Origin: an uncultured cyanobacterium
GTDB lineage: Bacteria; Cyanobacteriota; Vampirovibrionia; Gastranaerophilales; Gastranaerophilaceae
DNA length: 64,000 nucleotides
Reading direction: 5' to 3'
NCBI GenBank assembly: GCA_945487905.1
Contig: CALYTW010000001.1
Location: forward strand, 15,600-79,599
Shown here: positions 29,128-38,171 of the stretch, piece by piece
Layout: each line of letters opens with the position of its first letter
Numbering within the stretch: position 1 is the stretch's first letter
Position numbers and translations under genes: made by a program
The notes under the pieces: model-generated
Told to the model about the DNA's origin: nothing
What the model saw: the letters and a program-made list of their open reading frames with translations, nothing else
The model's database searches: none

Positions 29128-29453
29128 AAATATTGGAAATCCTTTTTGGCAGTTTAGCTTTTATTCTGCTTTTGTTGATGCTTTTTAGAGAACTGGGAAT
29201 CACAAAGAAACTTTCTCCTATGAGAGCCTCCGATTATATTTCTTCAATGGCAGGGTTTTTACTTTTGTATATTGTCTTTGCGTTTGTACTTGCAATATTT
29301 ACACCAATAGGAATAAACAAAATGGTCATGGCTCTTTTCGGAATATCACCTTTTATAATAGGTAAACTGGTTACCTATAAAAAGGTCAGAGTGTATAGTT
29401 TTATTCAAATACTTTGTGTTATTCTTAGTTTAGTATATGTTTATATAATTTAA
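29118..29453 (+). CDS. small integral membrane protein
   Basis: 111 aa, 3-4 hydrophobic spans. Overlaps the upstream gene by 10 nt. Confidence 0.5.
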   Translation: MYLKILEILFGSLAFILLLLMLFRELGITKKLSPMRASDYISSMAGFLLLYIVFAFVLAIFTPIGINKMVMALFGISPFIIGKLVTYKKVRVYSFIQILCVILSLVYVYII

Positions 29454-29466
29454 AAAAATAAAAACA

Positions 29467-30282
29467 ATGAGAGCTTTTTTAAAAAAAACACTATCCGCTA
29501 TAACAATATATTCTCTGGCTTTCGCTCCTGTTCTGGCTAAAGACAACATGAAAGTTTACGGAAATATAAATGAAGATTTTACACTTCAATATCAAAATTT
29601 ACCGGAAGAAATAAGTTTTAAATTAACCGAAACAAAAAAGGTTAATAAAGAAGTCTCTATTCCCGACGGAGCAACTGTTACGCTGGAAGTAATTAATGCA
29701 AGACGGGAACTCAGATGGCACGTGAGCGGTTTGATTTTGTGTAAATTAAAAAATTATATCCCAAAAGACACCGAAACTCCTGTCGACTTAACGGATAAAG
29801 AAATTTATCTTGTTGTAAAAAAATATGAACCAATTGATGGAAAAGAAACTGGAATTTTAACTACAGAAATTATACTAACTCAGGCAGCAGGAGTAGTAGG
29901 TTCACTTTTTATTTTCTTTGCACCAGTTGATATTGTCTATTTCTTTGCTAAAGGTGCGATAAAAAGAGAAAAACACCCGAATTGGTTTAAAGCAGGTGTA
30001 ATGGATGCATATGACAATTCAATTTTCTGGTTTCAATTGAAAGGAAAACCAATTGAATTAAGCAAAAATGATTCTGTTTCCGTAAAAGAAATTAAACCTA
30101 AAAAAGCAATAAAATTGAATAAAAAAATTGATAAAAGATTAGTACGAGAAAATAAACAGCACAATAAGAAAATCGCCAAACTTGATGAAAAAACGGAAAA
30201 ACGACGTCTTAAGTACGAGAAAAAGGACATTCCCTGCGAGGTTACAGAAAGAGCAATTGATGCGGAATTGAACGATATTTAA
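29467..30282 (+). CDS. hypothetical exported/membrane protein with Lys-rich C-terminal tail
   Basis: 271 aa. Signal peptide TIYSLAFAPVLA, an internal hydrophobic segment, and a KK-rich C-terminus. Confidence 0.5.
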   Translation: MRAFLKKTLSAITIYSLAFAPVLAKDNMKVYGNINEDFTLQYQNLPEEISFKLTETKKVNKEVSIPDGATVTLEVINARRELRWHVSGLILCKLKNYIPKDTETPVDLTDKEIYLVVKKYEPIDGKETGILTTEIILTQAAGVVGSLFIFFAPVDIVYFFAKGAIKREKHPNWFKAGVMDAYDNSIFWFQLKGKPIELSKNDSVSVKEIKPKKAIKLNKKIDKRLVRENKQHNKKIAKLDEKTEKRRLKYEKKDIPCEVTERAIDAELNDI

Positions 30283-30285
30283 TAA

Positions 30286-30321
30286 AGCGTGGGCGGAGGT
30301 TTAAAAACCTCCGCCCACGCT
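30286..30321. terminator. bidirectional intrinsic terminator between convergent genes
   Basis: AGCGTGGGCGGAGGTTT-AAAA-ACCTCCGCCCACGCT. Confidence 0.85.
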
Positions 30322-30337
30322 TGTTTATTCAATAAAC

Positions 30338-32146
30338 TTACGCATTCACAAGTTCTTTTTTAGCAAAAGATTCGTTTGTCCTTGAAGAAATTTCTTCTTT
30401 AAGTTTATCAATAAAATCATTTACACCCAGCGTGCCGATTTGTCCGATTCCTCTTGCACGAACAGCTACGGAATTTGATTCAATTTCTTTATCTCCTATT
30501 ACGCAGACATAAGGAATTTTGTTATCCTGTAAAGCTTCACGAATCTTGTAATTCATGGATTCGGAACGGTCGTCAAGATGAACTCTGATTCCTGCATCAC
30601 GCATTTTCTTGTAAACTTGTTCAGCAAAATCAACGTGTTTTTCATTGGAAATCGGAACGATTGACACCTGTGTTGGAGCAAGCCATGCCGGGAATGCACC
30701 AGCATAGTGTTCAATCAAGATTCCGTGGAATCTTTCCATAGAACCGAAGATTACTCTGTGGAGCATAAGAGGAGTCTTTAATTGACCGTCTTTATCCTGA
30801 TATTTGATATCAAATCTTGCAGGAAGATTAAAGTCAAGCTGAATTGTAGCACACTGCCAAGTTCTTCCGATTGCATCTTTAACTTTAAAGTCAATCTTTG
30901 GTCCATAAAATGCACCGTCGCCTTCATTAATTTCGTACTTCATACCACGACGTTCCATAGCTTCTTTCAAACCTGCCTCAGCTTTATTCCAATTTTCAAT
31001 TTCGCCTACAAAACTTTCCGGACGGGTTGACAGTTCAACTTCAAATTCCATATTAAAGATTTTCATTGTATCAGCTACAAAATCAATAATAGCATTGATT
31101 TCGTCAACAAGCTGTTCAGGTGTGCAGAAGATGTGTGCATCATCTTGAGTAAATCCTTGAACACGGGTTAAACCTGACAAAGCACCTGATTTTTCTTTTC
31201 TGTAAACAGTACCTAATTCAGCCATTCTCAAAGGTAAAGAACGATATGAATATCTGTTTGCCTGATAAATTAATATGTGGAACGGACAGTTCATCGGCTT
31301 AACAACAAACTGATCATCAGAATCTTCATCTTTTTGAACAAAGAACATATTTTCTTTGTAATGATCCATGTGACCTGAAATTTCCCAAAGAGTAGATTTG
31401 GCAATTTGAGGAGTGTTAACAATTACATAGCCTCTTTTTCTGTGTTCTTCTCTCCAGTAGTTTTCGATTTGCTCACGAACGCAGGCAAGGTTCGGATGCC
31501 AGAGAACTAAGCCTCCGCCCATTTCTTCACGGGTTGAAAACAAATCAAGCTGTTTTCCGAGTTTTCTGTGGTCACGCTTTTCTGCTTCTTCAAGGAATGT
31601 CAAATAATCCTGCAAATCTTCTTTGTTCCAATAAGCAGTTGCATAAATACGCTGGAGCATTTTATTCTTTTCATTACCTCTCCAGTATGCACCTGCAACC
31701 TTTAATAACTTGATAGCATTGCCTTTTATATACGAAGTATTCGGAATGTGCGGGCCTGCACAAAGGTCATTAAATAAAACATTTCCGTCTTTATCCTTTG
31801 TTAAATACAAAGTCGGATTATCGTTTTTATGTTCCTCCAAAAGTTCTGCTTTGTAGATTTCGCCTTGAGCCTTGAATTCTGCAATCTTCGCATCAACATC
31901 TTCAACGTAATATTTTTCAAACGTAAGATTGTCTTTGATAATATTTTTCATTTCTTCTTCGATTTTTGCCAAATCATCGGTTGTAAACGCATAACCGTCG
32001 GTCAAGTCAAAATCGTAGTAAAATCCCTCATCCGTTGCCGGTCCTATGGCTAACTTTGCCTGCGGGAACAGCTTTTGCACAGCCTGTGCCATAATGTGAG
32101 AACAAGAGTGCCTTAAAGTTCTCAAAGTTTCGTTGTTTTTTTCCAT
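30338..32146 (-). CDS. thrS: threonine--tRNA ligase (short form lacking the N-terminal TGS domain)
   Basis: 602 aa. Editing-domain HSCSHIMAQA; class II motifs RVQGFTQDDAHIF and ERFHGILIEHYAG. Starts directly at the N2 domain. Confidence 0.95.
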   Translation of the reverse strand: MEKNNETLRTLRHSCSHIMAQAVQKLFPQAKLAIGPATDEGFYYDFDLTDGYAFTTDDLAKIEEEMKNIIKDNLTFEKYYVEDVDAKIAEFKAQGEIYKAELLEEHKNDNPTLYLTKDKDGNVLFNDLCAGPHIPNTSYIKGNAIKLLKVAGAYWRGNEKNKMLQRIYATAYWNKEDLQDYLTFLEEAEKRDHRKLGKQLDLFSTREEMGGGLVLWHPNLACVREQIENYWREEHRKRGYVIVNTPQIAKSTLWEISGHMDHYKENMFFVQKDEDSDDQFVVKPMNCPFHILIYQANRYSYRSLPLRMAELGTVYRKEKSGALSGLTRVQGFTQDDAHIFCTPEQLVDEINAIIDFVADTMKIFNMEFEVELSTRPESFVGEIENWNKAEAGLKEAMERRGMKYEINEGDGAFYGPKIDFKVKDAIGRTWQCATIQLDFNLPARFDIKYQDKDGQLKTPLMLHRVIFGSMERFHGILIEHYAGAFPAWLAPTQVSIVPISNEKHVDFAEQVYKKMRDAGIRVHLDDRSESMNYKIREALQDNKIPYVCVIGDKEIESNSVAVRARGIGQIGTLGVNDFIDKLKEEISSRTNESFAKKELVNA

Positions 32147-32338
32147 GTTCTATCCTTTCCGGAATAAACTCCAAACCAATAGTCACACCCACCAGTTCAT
32201 CTCATTTATCCCTACTTCAGGGTGGATCCCCTTAACTAGTACAGAAACTATTTTAGCACAAAATTAAGTCCCCCTCCAAATATCTAACAAGTTTAATGAC
32301 TCAATGTTTACATATATATTGCTCATAATATAAAGCAA

Positions 32339-33754
32339 CTAATTCACACAAACTCTGTTTCTGCCCAAAGTTTTTGCTTCATAAAGAGCTTTGTCTGCTC
32401 TTTCAAAAAGAGCCTCCCCTGTTTCAATTGTGTTAAATTCTGCAAGTCCCATACTTATTGTTACCTTGATATCCTGTTTTTCAGGGCTGTCTTGGTTTAT
32501 CGCAATCGGGGTTGATTCAACCGCACATCTTAAACGCTCGCCTACGACTTTTGCTTCATCAAGTTTTGTAAACGGTAAAAGAACAGCAAATTCTTCTCCA
32601 CCGTACCTAGCAGGAATATCTGATTCACGCAGAGTTTCTTTAATAATACCTGCAACCGTTCTCAAGACTTCATCTCCGGATGCATGTCCGTAGGTATCAT
32701 TTACACGCTTAAAGAAATCTATATCAATCATCATTGCACAGAGAGGGTTATTTTGACGTTTTGCAATAGCAATTTCCTGTCCCAAACGGGTTTCAAACTG
32801 TCTGCGGTTGTTGAGATTTGTCAAGGCATCCAGTGTTGCATATTGCAAGATTGTTGAATATGTATTAGCTCTGTTAATTGTAGCAGCAGCCTGACGGGTA
32901 AGCTGTTCAAGGTAGTCAATATCCCGCTTTGAAAGCTTTTCAATCGTGCTTCTTGCAACAATACATCCAGTAATTTCATCCTCGGACAACAACGGAAAAG
33001 CACCGATTTTATCATCATTTGTTAAAACGTAATTGTAATCTTTATCCAGTTTCTTTATGGCATCATAAACTCTTTCATCATTGCAGGCTTTTGGCCAAAC
33101 CAGCCTAAATTCTTCATCCTGCTTCAAAAATACATATATCAAGTGATCAGAAATAAACCTGTCAAGCATTTCGCCGATTAGAGGAACTATATAATTAATT
33201 TCATATTGAGTTTCAATAATTTTTGCAATATTCTTCATTGAATCGTGAAATTCCACGTTTATCTGAGACTGCTCATTTAAGACAATATTTTGTAACTTAA
33301 GAGAAATTTCTACCCCTAAGATTTTTATAAGGAACAAAAATTCTATGTCCACAGAGGCATTTTCGTCAAAAACAAGTTCTATTATTCCAAAAACCATTCC
33401 GTTTTTAACAATCGGAATATAGAGAGATTCGAGCTTAAATGTGATATCACCAAGCGTTTGCGGGAGTTTAAAAGCCTTATTATTTATAACAAAGTCGTTT
33501 CCGTGAATTTCTTCATAAGCTCTGTAAATGCTTTCCCGTCTTGCTGATTCCATAACTTCGTCAATTACACACCAATCTTGTGCATAGTTCCTCAGAGTAG
33601 AAGTGTTAGGGTCAAAAACGTAGATGTCAAGATTGTTAAGGCAAGTAAAGGAACGCAAAAGCCCGTTAAGTTCACTTACCAGCTTTGTTGAATCAAGCTC
33701 TTTTATTAATATATCCGCCGTCTTAGACAGAAATTGTATATTTTTATCGTTCAT
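32339..33754 (-). CDS. diguanylate cyclase (GAF-like N-terminal region + GGDEF)
   Basis: RYGGEEFAVLLP active-site motif; DIDFFKRVNDTYGH; ALYEAKTLGRNRV. Confidence 0.85.
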   Translation of the reverse strand: MNDKNIQFLSKTADILIKELDSTKLVSELNGLLRSFTCLNNLDIYVFDPNTSTLRNYAQDWCVIDEVMESARRESIYRAYEEIHGNDFVINNKAFKLPQTLGDITFKLESLYIPIVKNGMVFGIIELVFDENASVDIEFLFLIKILGVEISLKLQNIVLNEQSQINVEFHDSMKNIAKIIETQYEINYIVPLIGEMLDRFISDHLIYVFLKQDEEFRLVWPKACNDERVYDAIKKLDKDYNYVLTNDDKIGAFPLLSEDEITGCIVARSTIEKLSKRDIDYLEQLTRQAAATINRANTYSTILQYATLDALTNLNNRRQFETRLGQEIAIAKRQNNPLCAMMIDIDFFKRVNDTYGHASGDEVLRTVAGIIKETLRESDIPARYGGEEFAVLLPFTKLDEAKVVGERLRCAVESTPIAINQDSPEKQDIKVTISMGLAEFNTIETGEALFERADKALYEAKTLGRNRVCVN

Positions 33755-34806
33755 TATTCCTCATCTTCATTCTTAAAATAGGCAAATCCTGAACAGGTTT
33801 TAAAGTTTTCGTAAATAGCCTTATCTAAATCTTCATCTGAAACTACCTTGCCGGAAACATAAGTATAACTTCCGTTTGAGGGTGCAGAATCCGAAAGTGT
33901 CTGAGTATAGTATTCCTCGCTTGAAATCAATCTTCTTGAAACTTCGTTAAGAAGGTTAAAAATATATGTTGTTTCAATAGAAGATGAACTCGGAGACTCG
34001 GAAATAAGCAATGCCGCCCTTTGAAGTTCAGTTATTGAATCTCTGTTTCTGTTCATCTGTCGTAAAAGCACTGCGAGATTGTAATGTCCCTCAAACTTCA
34101 TCGGAGCAATATCAATTGCTTTACAATAGTCCAAACCCGCATCTCTGTATTCGCCTCTAAGATGGTGAGCTACCGCTCTATTGTAATAAATATCATAATT
34201 TTTCTTCAAAAGCTTAAGTGCTTTTGTATAAGCCTCTATTGCATTCCCGAGATATTGATTAAACAAATATATTCTCTCCTGCGGGAGATACATTGCTTTT
34301 CTTTTCCACGCAACACCTTTGTTAAAATATGCAATACCTCTGTTGCCTTTAATACTTTTTACATTCGAATAAACAAAAGGTATCCACAGTTTCATTAATT
34401 TTATCTTTGTTATTTCATCAAACTGAACAATAGCTTCATCAAAAAAGCCTAAATCTTCGGAATAAACTATTCCGAGGTTCATTTTTGCCATAACAAACTT
34501 TGGATTTGCTTCAATTGCGTGTTCATAGGCATCTACTGCAGAATAGTAGTCTTCGTGTACAGCGTAAATATTTCCGAGATTAAACCATGCTTCATAATGT
34601 TTCGGGAAAAGTTTTAAGCCGGCATGATAGTATTCAAGCGTTTTTCCCATGTTGTCATAGAAATAAGCTTTATCACCCTTGTAGATATAATACATTCCTT
34701 TTGCGTGACGATACTGTTCCTTAAGCCAATCCTGCTTAAAATAACACAACACAGCTACAGCAAGGACGAGTAACAAAGTAAAAATATTTTTAAGAAAATG
34801 CTTCAT
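33754..34806 (-). CDS. TPR repeat protein with N-terminal membrane anchor
   Basis: Repeated AWFNLGNIY, Y..A...Y..AI and P....A..NLG patterns. Stop overlaps the GGDEF start (TAATG). Confidence 0.7.
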   Translation of the reverse strand: MKHFLKNIFTLLLVLAVAVLCYFKQDWLKEQYRHAKGMYYIYKGDKAYFYDNMGKTLEYYHAGLKLFPKHYEAWFNLGNIYAVHEDYYSAVDAYEHAIEANPKFVMAKMNLGIVYSEDLGFFDEAIVQFDEITKIKLMKLWIPFVYSNVKSIKGNRGIAYFNKGVAWKRKAMYLPQERIYLFNQYLGNAIEAYTKALKLLKKNYDIYYNRAVAHHLRGEYRDAGLDYCKAIDIAPMKFEGHYNLAVLLRQMNRNRDSITELQRAALLISESPSSSSIETTYIFNLLNEVSRRLISSEEYYTQTLSDSAPSNGSYTYVSGKVVSDEDLDKAIYENFKTCSGFAYFKNEDEE

Positions 34807-34925
34807 ACTTAAAGTATTATATCATATAAAACATGCAAATGTTACAAAATATTAAATATTTCATGATTTTTGAAATTCACTTCTCTAAAAAAACTTAATA
34901 TATGTAATATAAGAGAGCAGTTAAG

Positions 34926-35887
34926 ATGGTAACATTTAAAACAAGTCTTGAAAAAGCACAAGCTAGAATTGCAGCGAGAAAAAATCCCAGATGCATTGAT
35001 ATTTCTGAACAGGCAGGATATATGCTTGGACAAATATTCACGCAAATGGCAACAAAGGGGTTTTATACCCTTCCAACATCAACTCCTGAAAAAAAACAGA
35101 TAAAGGAGCTAACGATAATAACGTAACTCCGCTCGATAAAGTTGAAAAAAAAGAAACTCCCGACGAAAAACAGGATAAAGTTGTAGAATTATTAAAACAA
35201 TATCGTGCTGATTTTGGTAAATCATCGGAATTTATTGGCGATTTGGTTTCAAAATATGATTTGTATACCTCATGTCATCCTGGTTGGACAGAAAAACAAA
35301 TAGCTGAACGCTTAAATCTTTATTTGAAAGCACTCGAAGCACATAAGACAGAACTTGAATACTACCAAATATCCAATGAGCCAAATGGAGAACTAGCTGT
35401 TCAACGTATGGCAGATACAATAATAGATGATGACGAGATAAAAAGAGGCATACAGATGAACAACACGGACACTCAAAATGTCTCATCGGAATATATAAAA
35501 GCTCTCATAGACAGAGGACAAGGTTATTTAGATTTATATGATACAAACGGAGATGACAAAATCAGCTTTGAAGAATTCGTTGCATTAGAAGAAAAGGATG
35601 CCGGAAGGGAATTAACAAATGATGAAATAACCGCCACAGAAGAATATTTCAAAATGATGAACAAAGATAACACGCAAGAAACAAATATAAATAAAATTTT
35701 CCTTGATGTAAAAGAAATGGCAAGCCACAGATTCGCAATGTCAAGATTGTATGACGGCGAAAAAAACTGTCCCACAAATTCTGCAAATGATATAACATTT
35801 ATGGAATGGTTTGGCGCACAAGACCACCAATTGTCATCAAGATTAGGTAATATAAGCGATTTATTATACAAAGAAATTTCGAAGTAG
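34926..35887 (+). CDS. EF-hand protein, reading frame split at an A8 run (34926-35126 in frame 0; 35096-35887 in frame -1)
   Basis: Canonical EF loop DTNGDDKISFEE in the downstream part. The downstream frame is open for 51 codons upstream of its first start codon (TTG 35243), back to the run A AAA AAA at 35090-35096. Confidence 0.5.
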
Positions 35888-35892
35888 TAATT

Positions 35893-36312
35893 CTATCTTA
35901 TCTCATTCGGCATAAATTTTAGAGTATTCATATAACCTCCCAAAGGAAGCATGTTATCTGCCCGACTTTCCATACCTGGAATTGCAGTACGCCTGTTTAA
36001 TTCTGCTTCCAGCTTTGCGTTATAATCATCGTTTAGCTTAAACTCTTTTGTTTTTAAGGTTTCATAACACCCAAAGCGTTCGTCATTTGCTTCCAGAGCC
36101 TTACACTCATCAATTGCCGTTTCAAAATTTACCCTTCTTTGATACCAGTATTTAGAATTAACATTCAGTTTTTGCAAACCTTTAGGCTCGGTAACATTAA
36201 CAAATGCCTTTGGTGCGAAGTCACTCCATTCCGGAACATTAACTCCAAAATCTTCCTCCGCAAAAACGGCAAAGGGTACAATCAACATACATGCTAAAAC
36301 AATCTTTTTCAT
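35893..36312 (-). CDS. secreted hypothetical protein
   Basis: Signal peptide MKKIVLACMLIVPFAVFA from the ATG at 36312. Confidence 0.5.
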   Translation of the reverse strand: MKKIVLACMLIVPFAVFAEEDFGVNVPEWSDFAPKAFVNVTEPKGLQKLNVNSKYWYQRRVNFETAIDECKALEANDERFGCYETLKTKEFKLNDDYNAKLEAELNRRTAIPGMESRADNMLPLGGYMNTLKFMPNEIR

Positions 36313-36405
36313 AAAACACTCCTTATGTTCATTATACAACAAAATATACATTTTGTTGTGTAACTTCCGATTTTGTTATAAAATTCGATTAAGCGGAGTT
36401 AATCA

Positions 36406-36978
36406 ATGAATATTTGTGTATTTGCAGGAACTTTTAATCCAATTCACAACGCACACATTAAGATGGCAGAATTTGCTCTGGAAAAATTCGGTTTTGATAA
36501 AATTATCTTTATCCCGTCATTTATTCCGCCTCACAAAGAAATTGATGCAAATTTGAGTCAACACCGCCTAAATATGGTTAAACTCGCAATTTCTAATAAT
36601 CCTAAGTTTGAAATCTCCGACATTGAATATAAATTAGGGGGTAAATCTTATTCAATTTGCACCGTGAAACAAATTCTTGAACAATATAATATAAAAGGAC
36701 GTTTAAACTTTATAATAGGCACAGATGCATTTTCTAAGCTTAAGAGCTGGTATCATTCTGATGAATTGAAAGATTTGGTTCATTTTATAGTATTTCCCAG
36801 ACGTGGAGACGGGAACGAGGATATGTACAAAGAATTTAAAAATAACGGCTGGGATTTTGAAGTCGTAAATTCTGTACTTATGGATATTTCGTCAACTGAA
36901 ATCAGAAAAAGCAAGAAATATGATATAAATAAAGAAGTAAAGGATTATATAGAAGTCAATGAACTATACAAAGATTGA
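36406..36978 (+). CDS. nadD: nicotinate-nucleotide adenylyltransferase
   Basis: FAGTFNPIHNAH (HxGH-type motif), ISSTEIR. Confidence 0.9.
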   Translation: MNICVFAGTFNPIHNAHIKMAEFALEKFGFDKIIFIPSFIPPHKEIDANLSQHRLNMVKLAISNNPKFEISDIEYKLGGKSYSICTVKQILEQYNIKGRLNFIIGTDAFSKLKSWYHSDELKDLVHFIVFPRRGDGNEDMYKEFKNNGWDFEVVNSVLMDISSTEIRKSKKYDINKEVKDYIEVNELYKD

Positions 36979-37546
36979 AGAATGCAAACAATGGCTTAAA
37001 GCAAATTTGTCCGATGAAAGATACAGACACTCGCTGGGTACTGCCGAATGTGCTTCAAAACTGGCTGAACAATACAATTTGAATAAAGATAGAGCGTATT
37101 TTTGCGGATTAATTCACGATTGTGCAAAATGTCTTTCGAAAGACAAGTTAAAATCTATGATTTGTAAATGCAACGACTTATGCGACGGAGAACTTATAAA
37201 TCCTAAAACATACCACGCACCTGCCGGAGCAATGCTGGCAAAACAAATATTTTGTGTCGAAGACGAAGAAATTTTATCCGCAATAAGATGGCACACACTT
37301 GGCAGAGAAGATATGAGTACTTTTGAAAAAATAATCTTTCTTGCCGACAAAATTGAATACAAAACCCGTCCTCAGGAATGGACACAGCCGATTCGAAATG
37401 TCTTGAATGAAGAAAACGGTCTGGACAAAGCACTCCTAATTTGTTACGGAAACACAATTAAAAGTCTTGTCGACAGAAAACTTAAAATCTGCAAAACAAC
37501 AATTGATATCTACAACAAACTTCTAACCGAATTAATTTTTGACTGA
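36959..37546 (+). CDS. yqeK: HD-domain protein YqeK (bis(5'-nucleosyl)-tetraphosphatase family)
   Basis: RYRHSLGTAECA, GLIHDCAK, and conserved nadD-yqeK synteny with a 20-nt overlap. Confidence 0.8.
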   Translation: MNYTKIEECKQWLKANLSDERYRHSLGTAECASKLAEQYNLNKDRAYFCGLIHDCAKCLSKDKLKSMICKCNDLCDGELINPKTYHAPAGAMLAKQIFCVEDEEILSAIRWHTLGREDMSTFEKIIFLADKIEYKTRPQEWTQPIRNVLNEENGLDKALLICYGNTIKSLVDRKLKICKTTIDIYNKLLTELIFD

Positions 37547-37563
37547 TAATTTTATTTAGCCGG

Positions 37564-38157
37564 TTATTGAGCTGGTTCTTCAGGCATTGTATGTGCATAT
37601 AGTCTTAAGCTGATATTTGAAATCAGTATCTTTTTATCCTTTTCATAGGGTAGAACCTGAACATTGCTTATCTTTATGTAATAAGGATATTGAATTATAT
37701 TCTGAATAAATTTACCCAAATTTGTATAATTTGAAACTAATTCCATATTTATTTCGCATACAAAATACACATCTTTTCCGAATTGAACAAACTTGTCGTC
37801 CTCAGGATTGTAAGTGTATTCCATAGACTTAATCTTGATTGAATTAGCATGCACCATTTCAATCACATCATTATACAGAGTAAAGAAAAGCGTATCGTTG
37901 CCTAAATCGGAATCAACCGGAGAATAAATTTTCTTTTGAGAAGAAACTATAGAAGATTTCATTTGAGCCAATCTTCTTTCTACGTTTTTTTTCTGTTCAA
38001 GCTTTGTGTTATAGTCTTTTTCTTTACGTTCAACCTGACTGTTAATCTCAAAAACACTCGTAACAGCAGGAACAACCATCTGATAAGCGATATAAAGTGC
38101 TACTGCAACAATAGCTACAAATGTTAATGCCCCGTAATATCTGCTGTATTTATCCAT
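37564..38157 (-). CDS. PilO-like type IV pilus assembly protein
   Basis: Single N-terminal TM, a coiled coil, then a ferredoxin-like C-terminal half (VSNYTNLGKFIQNIIQYPYYIKISNVQVLP). Immediately downstream of the PilM/N gene. Confidence 0.5.
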   Translation of the reverse strand: MDKYSRYYGALTFVAIVAVALYIAYQMVVPAVTSVFEINSQVERKEKDYNTKLEQKKNVERRLAQMKSSIVSSQKKIYSPVDSDLGNDTLFFTLYNDVIEMVHANSIKIKSMEYTYNPEDDKFVQFGKDVYFVCEINMELVSNYTNLGKFIQNIIQYPYYIKISNVQVLPYEKDKKILISNISLRLYAHTMPEEPAQ

Positions 38158-38171
38158 TTAATTATCCTTTA

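Noticed and set aside
32218-32232. T-box-like string AGGGTGGATCCCC in the ~190-nt region upstream of thrS
   Set aside because: It lies on the plus strand, whereas thrS and its leader are on the minus strand. The minus-strand leader (GAACTGGTGGGTGTGAC) does not match the conserved T-box GGGTGGTACCGCG. I could not build specifier or antiterminator helices. The leader may still be regulatory, since an extended -10 TGCTAAAAT is visible on the minus strand, but I cannot support a class.
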